From IMG/VR virus record IMGVR_UViG_3300031975_000839: a stretch of 64,000 nt of DNA; one strand, given 5' to 3'. The notes below the pieces were generated by a model. It had not been told where the DNA came from. It searched no databases and worked only from the letters and a program-made list of their open reading frames with translations. Positions 48,596 through 58,493 of the stretch are shown piece after piece (the first letter of the stretch is position 1; every line of letters starts with the position of its first letter). Both the position numbers and the translations under genes were made by a program. Source of the DNA: an uncultured virus (IMG/VR IMGVR_UViG_3300031975_000839). Lineage: Duplodnaviria > Heunggongvirae > Uroviricota > Caudoviricetes.

Positions 48596-49314
48596 GATTG
48601 ATTATATCCTGTACCACCTAAAATAGTTCTTGTTCCATCTGCGTCCATATATGCATAACCATCTACATAATCAGATGTTCCATTAAAATAAATAATCCAA
48701 GCTGCAGAACCACCTAATTCAGATTCATTGTTATCAGTTCCGTTTCTTAACATTACTCTACCAGAACCAAGATTAACTGTATCACCATTATATCTTATAC
48801 TAGCTGTGCAAAGAGTTTGAACATGAGCTGTAGTGTCAAAAAATATACCCATACTTATCCAATAGTATCCAGCAATAGGTGCAACATATCTATAATTTGA
48901 ATTATCCCATGCACTATGTGTATCAAAGTGAACATTGTCATATTCTACGACAGCATTTGTAGCATCAGAAATAGTTTTAGCAGCAGCTGGTGTAACCCAA
49001 AACATTGGCACTTTTGTTGTTTCAGCAACAGAACTTGTTGTAAGCATATCGCCAGTGCTTACATTTGGTAATACTATTTTTCTATCTGCTACAGCATTTT
49101 TATATCCATCTATATCATCTAAATTTGCATTAACTACAACACTTGAACCATCGCTAGATGCATTTTCTAATGTAAGATTAAATCCAGCATTAGTTGCAGA
49201 GGTATCAGTTCCATCTAATAAAATATTATCTCCAACATCAGCTGCAGTATCTAATACCAACGCATCATTAAAGTTTCCTGAACCACCTCTTGCAAGTTCT
49301 CTAGCTCTTCCCAT
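48553..49314 (-). CDS. short fibre/virion protein with C1q-like C-terminal domain
   Basis: MGRARELA, FDTHSAWDNSNYRYVAPIAGYYWI, FNGTSDYV. Confidence 0.7.
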   Translation of the reverse strand: MGRARELARGGSGNFNDALVLDTAADVGDNILLDGTDTSATNAGFNLTLENASSDGSSVVVNANLDDIDGYKNAVADRKIVLPNVSTGDMLTTSSVAETTKVPMFWVTPAAAKTISDATNAVVEYDNVHFDTHSAWDNSNYRYVAPIAGYYWISMGIFFDTTAHVQTLCTASIRYNGDTVNLGSGRVMLRNGTDNNESELGGSAAWIIYFNGTSDYVDGYAYMDADGTRTILGGTGYNQSWLCGYLLRAGVQV

Positions 49315-49338
49315 TTTTTTTATCCTTTAATCTAATTA

Positions 49339-50151
49339 TTACTTATATTTATCAGATTTTCTTTTTGTTCCATCACTTCTTTTAATTAAACCTTTTGCTT
49401 TTAAGTGTGCGATGTCAGTAAATCCTGCTTTACCTGATTTATATCTTTTCATTGCATCTGATGTGTTAGGTGCTTTTTCTGTTTGAATATTTTTTCTTGC
49501 AACATCTTGACTTCTTGCTCTATCGTCCTCTCTATCGTGTTGCACCTTTAATCTTTCTAATTCTCTTTTTTGTCTTATATTTGTTTTTGCAAGTTGCGTG
49601 TGGCCACTTTCTGTCATCTTTGCACGCTCTTGCCAATCATGTGATTTCTTATCTGTTGTAATTGGGCCACCCTTTGCCCAAGTATGACACGCTCTTGCAG
49701 AATGACACTTAAAGTGATGCATCCAACAATAACCTAAACGACCATCTTTATCAGATGTTTCGCCTGGTAAACACTCTAACATTCTTGGTGAAACATCAAA
49801 CGCAACACAGTTATTACATACAGACTTCTTTGCAGCTTGTTCAGTTGTTTTCCAATATCTTGCAATTTTTTTCCAGTAGTCGCCTGGCTCATCAACATTC
49901 AGAGGGCCATAGTTATAGTTTTTAATTGTTGCATCTCTGTTTTTTGTATTAATCTTTAAATTTTGAGTTGCAGGCGGACATTTCATTTCCTCACGAAATC
50001 CCTCACCTTTTGCACGCCTCATCTGTGCTGGTGTAGGAGCTCCTTTATCACCAACTTTTCTCATTTTTTCACCAGAGCCTCTTTTGATTCTCTGTCTTTT
50101 TTTATGGATGTTTGCCCAAAGACTTTCAGTAAACTGTTTAAATGTTTTCAT
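49339..50151 (-). CDS. modular basic protein with capsid-targeting-like N-terminus
   Basis: MKTFKQFTE; modules split at Glu; Cys/His-rich module. Confidence 0.7.
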   Translation of the reverse strand: MKTFKQFTESLWANIHKKRQRIKRGSGEKMRKVGDKGAPTPAQMRRAKGEGFREEMKCPPATQNLKINTKNRDATIKNYNYGPLNVDEPGDYWKKIARYWKTTEQAAKKSVCNNCVAFDVSPRMLECLPGETSDKDGRLGYCWMHHFKCHSARACHTWAKGGPITTDKKSHDWQERAKMTESGHTQLAKTNIRQKRELERLKVQHDREDDRARSQDVARKNIQTEKAPNTSDAMKRYKSGKAGFTDIAHLKAKGLIKRSDGTKRKSDKYK

Positions 50152-51401
50152 TACCCACCTTTTCCTATCATAATCGCAGCCATGTATTTATTTGCCTTTT
50201 CTTTACTACGATAAACTTTTTTAAGTTCTTTTGCGTGCTTACCACTTGGTAGTGTAACTCTTTTGCCTTTAACGAACTTATCTGCGTATACACCATATCC
50301 ACCACCAGACATCTTTCTTACATCTGCAACTATGTATGATTCTCCTCCACTTGCACCATTACCACCATTTCCACCATTACCATTACCACCATTACCATTA
50401 CCATTACCACCATTACCATTCCCATTTCCATTTTGTCCACTCTGTGTTTCTCCAGATTGGTCTCCACTCTTAGTTCCACCACCAAAATATGGATATGCAT
50501 ATACTGTTTTAAATTTTGTTTTCTTTGGAACACATGCCATTAATTTTTTATCAAATTTATATCCAGGCGGGCAGTTAAAACCATGTGCATCTTCTTTTCT
50601 CATCTCTTTAGTTTTCTTTTTCATTTTTTCAATATATGCACGATAAACATTTGCCTCTGCTGTTTTTCCCATCACTCTTGCTCTTTGCTCCATTGCGATT
50701 GCAGCTTGTATTTTATGTGCGTGTGTTCTACCAGATGATTCTATTTTTTTAACACTTGCTCTTGCAGTTGCGACATCTTTAAAACCTAAGCCATGTATTG
50801 TTCCCTTTGGGTCTTCATCTGTATATAAATCAGAATGTTTCTTTGACTTTGCTGGCTGTCCTTTTTTTCTTGGTATTCTAGGATTCTTTTGACTGAATAT
50901 GTTTGGCTCTCCGATACCCTCAAATGCAAGTTTTGGATTTTGTGTTTTAAAGTCTTTCTTTCTCATTACAGTTTTTGCAATGAGTTCTAATTCACCACCT
51001 TTTAAATTTAAAACAAAAGGCATGTTGATATCAGTTTTCATATCCGTAATAACTGCCTCTGCATCAGGGCCTAACTTTGCAATTCTTTTACCAAACTTTT
51101 TATAGGATTGTCTGAATAGACGAGTGAGTTCTGATGGTGTGATTTGAACTTTATTTCTTGCATCATTAACACGATCAAGAAAGTGTCGTGTAAATTCTAC
51201 ATCTATACCAACTGCACCAAATAATCTATCTGCATATTTTTCAAGTTGGTCAATGTCTGATTTTTTTACTTCTTTTTCTTTTTGAGCTCTTAAATTAAGA
51301 TCTGCAACTGGAACATATTGCCCCATTCCTGGCCCAACTGATGCGCCACCATAAGGATATGTGTCTAAAGAATTTGAGTAATACTCTTGAAATGTTTTCA
51401 T
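50151..51401 (-). CDS. modular protein with capsid-targeting-like N-terminus
   Basis: MKTFQEY; FTRHFLDRVND module; Gly/Asn repeat. Confidence 0.7.
   Translation of the reverse strand: MKTFQEYYSNSLDTYPYGGASVGPGMGQYVPVADLNLRAQKEKEVKKSDIDQLEKYADRLFGAVGIDVEFTRHFLDRVNDARNKVQITPSELTRLFRQSYKKFGKRIAKLGPDAEAVITDMKTDINMPFVLNLKGGELELIAKTVMRKKDFKTQNPKLAFEGIGEPNIFSQKNPRIPRKKGQPAKSKKHSDLYTDEDPKGTIHGLGFKDVATARASVKKIESSGRTHAHKIQAAIAMEQRARVMGKTAEANVYRAYIEKMKKKTKEMRKEDAHGFNCPPGYKFDKKLMACVPKKTKFKTVYAYPYFGGGTKSGDQSGETQSGQNGNGNGNGGNGNGNGGNGNGGNGGNGASGGESYIVADVRKMSGGGYGVYADKFVKGKRVTLPSGKHAKELKKVYRSKEKANKYMAAIMIGKGG
50355..50431. repeat. low-complexity ACC/ATT repeat encoding a Gly-Asn linker
   Basis: NGNGNGNGGNGNGNGGNGNGGNGGNG. 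Confidence 0.85.
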
Positions 51402-51407
51402 ACATTT

Positions 51408-51929
51408 CTACTTAATTGCTTTCATTGCCACTTGCTGAAGTTTCATAATCTGTGACTTTGTGCCATTGTTAATTATACTTATCATTTTATTTTTAGTTTC
51501 TGGCTTTACTTTATCTAAAATTTGAACTATTGCACTCGCAGTAAACAAATCTACTTTCATAGAGCCATCTTTAAATTTTAAACTTTTTGCAGATTTTCTT
51601 TTAACGATATCTCTTAAATTTGCAACATTATCTTCTTCAAGATATTGTTCACGATTAAATTCACCAATATTTTCTTTAACTTTTTTTACAAGATTACTTT
51701 GCTCTTGCCTTGCAAGCCTTCTCTGTCTTGCTTGCTCTAGTTTTCTACGATGCTCTTTGTATTTTTTTGATCGTGCATCAATCAATGTTTTTTTCTTTTT
51801 CTTTTTTACAACAACTACTGATGAGTCATCACCAGTTCCAGCAACATTAACACCAGTTGCGTTTGTTGGTGCATCTTCTTTTTTAACTAGGCCTGTGTAA
51901 ACATCAACCTCTGTCCATTTCTTACCCAT
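51408..51929 (-). CDS. hypothetical late protein
   Basis: EDAPTN, poly-Lys, KFKDGSMKVDLFTASA. Confidence 0.7.
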   Translation of the reverse strand: MGKKWTEVDVYTGLVKKEDAPTNATGVNVAGTGDDSSVVVVKKKKKKTLIDARSKKYKEHRRKLEQARQRRLARQEQSNLVKKVKENIGEFNREQYLEEDNVANLRDIVKRKSAKSLKFKDGSMKVDLFTASAIVQILDKVKPETKNKMISIINNGTKSQIMKLQQVAMKAIK

Positions 51930-52536
51930 TTTTAATATCCTCTAAACTTACATAAATTTTTTCTTGGGTTTTATCATGCACTACTGGAAATATCTCAACA
52001 CCCAAAACTGTATCAATTGGTGATTCATCATCAAATGCAATAACTTTATCACCTTTTTTTGCAGTTAATTCTTCTTCTTCTTTATTTAGAATATCATTAA
52101 TTAGAACATACTCACCTTTTGGTAATATCTCACCAAATCCTATAACTTCTTCTGATATAGAGTTATCTAATTCTACATCATTTTCTTTTAAGTATTTCAT
52201 AAATTCTTTTTCAAACATATCTGGATCTTCAACATGCTCCTTGAATGTATCTTTGAGTAAAAATAGTGCAGCTGCATAAGTTCCAACTTTAGTTCTTAAG
52301 CCTGGCACTTTTGCAAATAATTTTTTGATATTGAAAACTAATTTGTGAAGTATTGTGTATGCGTTTTTTTGTTCTGTTGTAGCAAGCTCAACAGCTGGTT
52401 TTGTAGAATTGGGTTGACGAATACGATTACCATTTTCATCTATGATGCCAAGTTTAAATGCATCAGTTTTTTGAAATGGTGTTGTAAGTAATTTGATAAA
52501 TCTGTATGTAACAAATAAATCTATCGCTCTTCCCAT
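51922..52536 (-). CDS. conserved hypothetical protein of T4-like phages
   Basis: YRFIKLLTTPF, AFKLGIIDENG, YAAALFLLK. Confidence 0.75.
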   Translation of the reverse strand: MGRAIDLFVTYRFIKLLTTPFQKTDAFKLGIIDENGNRIRQPNSTKPAVELATTEQKNAYTILHKLVFNIKKLFAKVPGLRTKVGTYAAALFLLKDTFKEHVEDPDMFEKEFMKYLKENDVELDNSISEEVIGFGEILPKGEYVLINDILNKEEEELTAKKGDKVIAFDDESPIDTVLGVEIFPVVHDKTQEKIYVSLEDIKNG

Positions 52537-52898
52537 TAAAGTTCCTCTAATTTTTTAAAAACATACTCATCTTTTTTAACATGAGATAGTTCTTCTTCTG
52601 TAATACTATTTAGGAAAATTAGAAATGATTTAAGTGTAGGCCAGTATTCTTCTTGAATTTTAAAAATTAATAATGTAGTGCAAGCAGTAGAACCAAAAAC
52701 ATTATGTAATACTGTTAAGTGATTTAATATAAGTCTTTCTTTTAATATTTTAGTGTCGTGATATTTTCTAAGTAGTCTTTTAATATACTTAAATCGTTTC
52801 ATGTCATCTTGAAACTCTTTCTCACCCTCACACTGTGGATTGTCATAATGTTTAATTGCATACATCACAACATTCTCAGGAGTGATTTTTTCGTACAT
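52536..52898 (-). CDS. conserved hypothetical protein of T4-like phages
   Basis: YDNPQC, RFKYIKRLL, RLILNHL. Confidence 0.78.
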   Translation of the reverse strand: MYEKITPENVVMYAIKHYDNPQCEGEKEFQDDMKRFKYIKRLLRKYHDTKILKERLILNHLTVLHNVFGSTACTTLLIFKIQEEYWPTLKSFLIFLNSITEEELSHVKKDEYVFKKLEEL

Positions 52899-53356
52899 TA
52901 TTCTACTTTGGCAAACACCTTACAGCTATTATTACTTGTCATTTCATACTGTATTTTTAGTGCTAAACCACCCTCAATTTTGTTTGATATACCATCGTCA
53001 TTTATAATTTCATCGGCTGGTGTATCTAAATCTTTTCCATATCTTCCACCAAATAAAGATAATGGTAAATCAAATGAACCACTTTTTTCTGTCATCTCTG
53101 GAATCTGTCCAAAAGAAAAACCAAGTCTACCTAATTTTTCTTTTAATTTGTTTAGTGCATGCTCTGGTAACATATATTCCATGTTTGCAATTGCACCAAC
53201 ATATGCGTTTAATCTTCTAATAACATTTGGATTTGAAATCGCAGCTGGATTGATATTCATATCAACTGCTTGAGAATGTGTCGTTCCAACTCCAACACCA
53301 CCCATTCTACTGAGTCCTCTATTTTCTTCTTTGATGTACTTTTTAAATGATTTCAT
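52898..53356 (-). CDS. hypothetical late protein with capsid-targeting-like N-terminus
   Basis: Start MKSFKKYIKE at 53356; FGGRYG. Confidence 0.65.
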   Translation of the reverse strand: MKSFKKYIKEENRGLSRMGGVGVGTTHSQAVDMNINPAAISNPNVIRRLNAYVGAIANMEYMLPEHALNKLKEKLGRLGFSFGQIPEMTEKSGSFDLPLSLFGGRYGKDLDTPADEIINDDGISNKIEGGLALKIQYEMTSNNSCKVFAKVE

Positions 53357-53379
53357 TTTCCCATTCCTATGTAAAAGAA

Positions 53380-53397
53380 TGGGGGGAAAATCCCCCC
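53380..53397 (-). terminator. G6/C6 hairpin, probable terminator
   Basis: TGGGGGGAAAATCCCCCC followed by TTCTTTT on the minus strand. Confidence 0.65.
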
Positions 53398-53422
53398 ACC
53401 CAAACAAAAACACATAAAAATA

Positions 53423-53890
53423 TTATGTGTTGTCCTGTGTACCAACTAAGTTAGCAGTAGCAGCACCAGTACCATATGCAATTAGAGTCCAAGCAGTACC
53501 ACTCCAGATACAACTAACAGACTCACCAACAGCTTCAAATGTTGTAGTTGCAACAGCACCATTGGAATCAGTGTAGTCCACATCAGCAAGTGTAGCAACA
53601 CCATCACAAATGATGATTTTTAACTGTCCAGCTAATGTTCCGTCACCAAGAATTGTTGCAGCACCAGTAACAAACGATACTGTAGCATTGTTTGATAAAG
53701 TAGCAGCTGTATCAACATCTTCTGTACTGAAACCTACTGGAGCTCCTGTAGGAAGATTTCCCAAGAAGTCAGCAACACTCATTTTTTTGTTGATTGGTGT
53801 TCCTGTTGGATCATCAACAACATGAAATAAGTCACCAGATGCAATACCTGTACTTAAGTCGGTTAACGCCGTAATTTTCTTATCAGCCAT
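53423..53890 (-). CDS. virion structural/decoration protein
   Basis: MADKKITALTDL, VVDDP..NKK, GQLKIII. Confidence 0.65.
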   Translation of the reverse strand: MADKKITALTDLSTGIASGDLFHVVDDPTGTPINKKMSVADFLGNLPTGAPVGFSTEDVDTAATLSNNATVSFVTGAATILGDGTLAGQLKIIICDGVATLADVDYTDSNGAVATTTFEAVGESVSCIWSGTAWTLIAYGTGAATANLVGTQDNT

Positions 53891-53955
53891 TTGGCTTCTC
53901 CTTAATAATATTAACCCACCCACTTAATTGTGTTAGGGAATTTTACTGTAGGTAA

Positions 53956-54165
53956 TTATCCTACATCACTTTGACCAGATGGCTGGTCATCATTACTAAA
54001 TTCTTTTAAAAAACTAAGACATTGTTGCTTTGCACCAGTAAGTGCATTTAACAAACCAATAGACTCAGTTCTCTTTTTTTCTGCATCAGATATCTCTTTT
54101 TGTACCTTTTCAATATCTGATTCTATTACAGAAATTCTTTCTTTAATTAATTCTTCAGTAATCAC
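53956..54165 (-). CDS. small coiled-coil protein
   Basis: LNALTGAKQQC; GTG start; late promoter at 54198-54205. Confidence 0.65.
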   Translation of the reverse strand: MITEELIKERISVIESDIEKVQKEISDAEKKRTESIGLLNALTGAKQQCLSFLKEFSNDDQPSGQSDVG

Positions 54166-54209
54166 AAAAAACCTCTCAATTCAAAAAATTATAAAACTAT
54201 TTATACGAG

Positions 54210-55052
54210 TTAAGATACAGTGAACTTTGCGTCTGCATCAGCAGTCATTGTTAAATCTGCAGCCATAATTCCTTCTAGTCTTAACAATCCATTTGTGTCC
54301 GTATTAGCAGCAGTAGAATCTAATCTTAATGGATTACCTTCTTCATCTAATACTCTATCACCAGCAACTTTACTAATTGTGCCACTGTTTAAACCGATAG
54401 TATCATCTGAATTAACACCTAAAGTATTATTTGTGACATTTGTTGTTCTGGTATCTGTTCCAGCAGCTAATGCAAATGCAACAATACCATTTGATAAGTC
54501 TGAGTATGTTGTATTGAAATCCATTATAGTTCCAAAGTTAGAACCTAATGCAGTTGCTTGTTTCAACTGCAATTGTGGAGTTCCTGTAACATCAACTTGC
54601 TCGTTAAATCTTACATACACGACAATATCACCAGCAGATGATGAAGCAGCACCACTAAAAGTATCTCCGTCTGGATAATACTTTGTTTTATCTGATGCAT
54701 TACCTATTGTTATTTGTGGTGCAGTAGGAACATCTATTGACTTTCTTAGTCCTCTTATTGCAGATATAATTTCTGGATCTGCGTTTGCGTTATCGTTACC
54801 AGTTGCAGCTGAGCCAGGTTGAAATCCCCAACCACCATCAAATGCGATAACATTTTCTTTTGCGTAATCTCCAGACCCATCAGCTGCTTCAGTTAACCAT
54901 TCTGGTTTTGCTTCACTTTGACTTGCATCTAGCCCAATGACTCTATCTCCAGAGTCAGCAACACCAGTGCTATCTGTTCCATCTAAAACAACATATTCAT
55001 TTTCAGCCGAGGATTCCTCCAGTACGATATTAAAACTTTTTGCTAAAGGCAT
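54210..55052 (-). CDS. acidic virion structural protein
   Basis: Ala/Gly/Thr/Asp-rich, VRFNEQVDVTGTPQL; late promoter at 55078-55085. Confidence 0.65.
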   Translation of the reverse strand: MPLAKSFNIVLEESSAENEYVVLDGTDSTGVADSGDRVIGLDASQSEAKPEWLTEAADGSGDYAKENVIAFDGGWGFQPGSAATGNDNANADPEIISAIRGLRKSIDVPTAPQITIGNASDKTKYYPDGDTFSGAASSSAGDIVVYVRFNEQVDVTGTPQLQLKQATALGSNFGTIMDFNTTYSDLSNGIVAFALAAGTDTRTTNVTNNTLGVNSDDTIGLNSGTISKVAGDRVLDEEGNPLRLDSTAANTDTNGLLRLEGIMAADLTMTADADAKFTVS

Positions 55053-55077
55053 CTGTTTCTCCTATTTTTTTATAAAC

Positions 55078-55085
55078 TATTTATA
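55078..55085 (-). promoter_or_regulatory. T4-type late promoter
   Basis: TATAAATA. Confidence 0.75.
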
Positions 55086-55086
55086 A

Positions 55087-55602
55087 TTATTTAAAACCTA
55101 ATCTGTTAAGTTCACCCATTGTTTTACTAACACTTGTGTGATGTACACCTATTCCACCATTAGATTCCCACTCTTTTATATTCTTTATATAATCATCAAT
55201 TAAAACATTTGGTTTACCATCTGTTGTTGCATAATCTTTTTTTTGTGCTCTTTTTACCAAATGTATTCTACCTCTTTTAAAGTTAGTATTTCTACTTAGC
55301 CACTTCATTTTTCCAGCTCGTGAATTATTGTCACGATCTGAGTATGCAGATAATATGTGAGGATTATATTTTTCAATTCTCATATATAATCTTTTTGCTC
55401 CAGGCATCCACTCTAGGTTTGCCCAAAAATTTTTCGTGTTTGAAATCTTTTTCCATCTATCTACTCTATCTGCATAGATAAAAGGTTCTCCAACTGCTTT
55501 ATCAGCACCTTTCATAAAATTACATAAAACTTGATCCATATCACAATAAATTTCTGGTAAATCTTCTTTATTTACCTCTAGTAATTGCTGTATGAATTTC
55601 AC
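55087..55602 (-). CDS. HAD-family 5'(3')-nucleotidase/phosphatase
   Basis: YCDMDQVL, ILSA, GKMKW, LIDDY. Confidence 0.85.
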   Translation of the reverse strand: MKFIQQLLEVNKEDLPEIYCDMDQVLCNFMKGADKAVGEPFIYADRVDRWKKISNTKNFWANLEWMPGAKRLYMRIEKYNPHILSAYSDRDNNSRAGKMKWLSRNTNFKRGRIHLVKRAQKKDYATTDGKPNVLIDDYIKNIKEWESNGGIGVHHTSVSKTMGELNRLGFK

Positions 55603-58481
55603 TTTTTATCTTCTTTTACCTCTGGATTAACTTCAACTTTAGTTGGTGTTTTACCTGTCATAGTTTTAGTCATAGGTTTTTCTTCTTTTTTTACAAAAGG
55701 ATTTTTACCCTCTGTTGTGTTCCAAACTTTTGCAAGTGCTTCTCGCATACTTGTATTTTTCTTTTGCATGACATCCACCATTTTTTCAAAATCATCATTT
55801 GATTGGCCTGGAGTTACATCTCTAGTATGTTTACCATAGTCTTTTCCAATCTCATAGTTTTCTTTTTGTAAAACTTTAGTTATGTCACCACCAGAAATAA
55901 AGTCTGGTAATAACTTTTCTAAATCACTACGATTTACAGTTTTCATCTTTGCGACTTTAGGTGCAAAACCTTTCATCAGTTGAATTTTCATCATTCTTTT
56001 TGCAACCTCTTTTCCAGACATTGATTCATCAAGTTCAACTTCTTCTTTTGCTACTGCTTTAGAAATTGCTTTTCTTCTTTTGTGAAGATACTTATCTGTA
56101 GAATCAACATCTCCATCATTGTCAATGTCTTTGTCTTTTCTATCGTCAAACTTCTTTTTGACAGCCTTTGGATTTACAGGGTCAAGTTTTTCTTTTTCTG
56201 CGAGTTGATATCCCATCTTCATATACTTGTCTTGGTCTTTTTTGTCAATTACTATTACATTATTTTTCTTGACAACCATGACTTCTTTTTTAGGATCAAC
56301 TAACTGTCGTACAGTCTTTTTTTCACCTAACATAATTTTTTTAGCTGCATCTATTAAATCTTTATTCATTTCATTTTCCTCGTTTACTGGTGGACAAGTT
56401 TTATTATGGTTATCGCCTGGTGTTCCACCTTGTGATGGGTAAACATCATATTTATTTTGTCCTAATTTTCTTCTTTGTGTTCTCATATCTTTTAAACTAC
56501 CAACATCTGCAATTTTATCATTAGATTTAAGAACTAAAGCATATTCTCCTCTTTTTGGAGCTTCACTTACTTGCTCTTGCTTATCAGTTCTACCAAATCC
56601 TAATTTTGGTTCACCTTTTGTTACAGATGTTAAATGTAATTTCATATACTTATCAACTTCGTCTGCAATACCAACTTCTTTAGCTTTTGCAATAATTTTA
56701 TCGTAAAGTATTTCTGCTTTCTTTTTCTGATTATTACTTGCACCACCATCATTCATCATAATATCTTTTTCCATCTTATAGAATACATCTTGCATACGAG
56801 TAAGTTCTTCTGCACCATCTTTATCTGCATGTTTCTTCATTACTTTTTGTGCAGAGCCACACATGTGAAAAAACTTAGTAGTATAATTACCTACTGTGAT
56901 TTCATGCTCTGGTTGCTCAGTAATTGCTTTTTCTAAATCTTTTGCTTGTCCAGCGTGAGCTTGACTTGCTTTCTTTAACATTTTTACAACCTTTTTTACA
57001 GTAGGTTCATCTTCTTTATCAAGTGATTCTTTCATAGACGGAACTAAGAGATAGTCTCTCATTTTGTTCATACTGTTTGATGCAACTGCAAGTTTGTTTG
57101 TCCACCAAGTTGGTAATGACTCCTCTGGATTCATGCCTTGAAGTTTAGACATAATTTGCATTGCATCTTCTGTAATTGTTTTACACTGACGAATTGCAGA
57201 TGCAACATCAGCATGTCCATCTTCATTAATAAATTCTTCTTTATACATATTCAACTCAAATGGTTTTGAGCCACCTTTATTGTGTACTTGAATTTGTAAG
57301 TTACCACCTTTACCTTTGAGTCTGTATTTGTTTGTTTTACCCTCAGATGGTTTCTTAGGCCCAGTTGCAACTTTACTGTCAATCTCTTTTGGGTCTACTG
57401 TTATACCCATCTTTTTCTTTGCATAGTCGTATGCATGTTGCATTGCACCAGAAAATGTCTTGTGATATAAGTCATACTTTTCATCAAGTTCAGTTTCTTC
57501 TGGTATTCTTTTTCTTTTAGGCCCCATTGGGTCATCAAACATATTTGCATTTTTAACAGTAGTTGGAGTAATCTTTACTGGTAATTCACCCAACTTTTTT
57601 CTTCTAGCTGCAAATTCCTCTGCATCTTTTTTATTCTTATAAATTGCTTTACCTTGTTTCATACCTTTACCAAAGTCAACTTGAAAACCTTTTAATTCTT
57701 CATCAAGTTCAGTTTCTTCTTTGAGAGGATATCCAATCATTTGTTTTTTGCGAGTTTTAACAATTTTTAAAGTTTTCTTATCTTTAACATTCAATGGTGG
57801 AAGTTCTGCACTTGCAACAGCACTCTTTGCACCCATTTCATCAGATGATGTACTTATAACTTGATTATTTCTAGCAGTATCAATAACTACGAATGGTTGT
57901 CTTAATTCATCTAATTGTTCTTCTTTAAGTCCACGCTTTTTCATTTCTTTACCAAGTCTTTTAATCATAAACTGTGTAGAAGGCATCTTTGGGTCTTTCT
58001 TTTCCATGTCACGAAACTTTTTCATTAGTGACTTTAGATTATCATCAGATTGTTTAGCCATCTTTGCATCTTCTTCTATTTCTTCTGCTCTGATTTCTGC
58101 ATCATAAAAATTCATTATGTCTTTTGCAAAAAGATTTAGTGCCTTACCTTTACCATCCACTTTGATAGTCTTACCAGGCCCCATAGAAACATCTAATCTT
58201 TTCTGTTTCTTTAAGTCATCAAATACTTTTTTTCTTTGTTTAGGGTCATTTACAGTAACAGTCATTTTATTGAACTCATCTAACTCAACTTCTTCTGATT
58301 TACCCTTTGCAATATTAGTTGCAACTGCCATTTTAACAGCCATTGCATCTTTACCATACCTTTTCTTGAAGTCATCCATAGGTAATTTTTTTGCAATCTT
58401 CTCTCGGTCTTCAAGTTCTTTAGGTGTAAGTGTTCTTTCTTTTACTTGTCTGTATAAGTCAGATATGTTAGTATATCTCAT
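55599..58481 (-). CDS. large modular Lys-rich protein with repeated EExELDE linkers (putative internal head polyprotein)
   Basis: EEVELDE x2, EETELDE x2, EEQLDE, EEFINE; DIDNDGDVD motif. Confidence 0.7.
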   Translation of the reverse strand: MRYTNISDLYRQVKERTLTPKELEDREKIAKKLPMDDFKKRYGKDAMAVKMAVATNIAKGKSEEVELDEFNKMTVTVNDPKQRKKVFDDLKKQKRLDVSMGPGKTIKVDGKGKALNLFAKDIMNFYDAEIRAEEIEEDAKMAKQSDDNLKSLMKKFRDMEKKDPKMPSTQFMIKRLGKEMKKRGLKEEQLDELRQPFVVIDTARNNQVISTSSDEMGAKSAVASAELPPLNVKDKKTLKIVKTRKKQMIGYPLKEETELDEELKGFQVDFGKGMKQGKAIYKNKKDAEEFAARRKKLGELPVKITPTTVKNANMFDDPMGPKRKRIPEETELDEKYDLYHKTFSGAMQHAYDYAKKKMGITVDPKEIDSKVATGPKKPSEGKTNKYRLKGKGGNLQIQVHNKGGSKPFELNMYKEEFINEDGHADVASAIRQCKTITEDAMQIMSKLQGMNPEESLPTWWTNKLAVASNSMNKMRDYLLVPSMKESLDKEDEPTVKKVVKMLKKASQAHAGQAKDLEKAITEQPEHEITVGNYTTKFFHMCGSAQKVMKKHADKDGAEELTRMQDVFYKMEKDIMMNDGGASNNQKKKAEILYDKIIAKAKEVGIADEVDKYMKLHLTSVTKGEPKLGFGRTDKQEQVSEAPKRGEYALVLKSNDKIADVGSLKDMRTQRRKLGQNKYDVYPSQGGTPGDNHNKTCPPVNEENEMNKDLIDAAKKIMLGEKKTVRQLVDPKKEVMVVKKNNVIVIDKKDQDKYMKMGYQLAEKEKLDPVNPKAVKKKFDDRKDKDIDNDGDVDSTDKYLHKRRKAISKAVAKEEVELDESMSGKEVAKRMMKIQLMKGFAPKVAKMKTVNRSDLEKLLPDFISGGDITKVLQKENYEIGKDYGKHTRDVTPGQSNDDFEKMVDVMQKKNTSMREALAKVWNTTEGKNPFVKKEEKPMTKTMTGKTPTKVEVNPEVKEDKK

Positions 58482-58493
58482 TTTTTCATTCCT

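Noticed and set aside
56025..58296. 22-nt repeats as a CRISPR array
   Set aside because: Spacing is irregular and hundreds of nt; the repeats are in-frame coding linkers.
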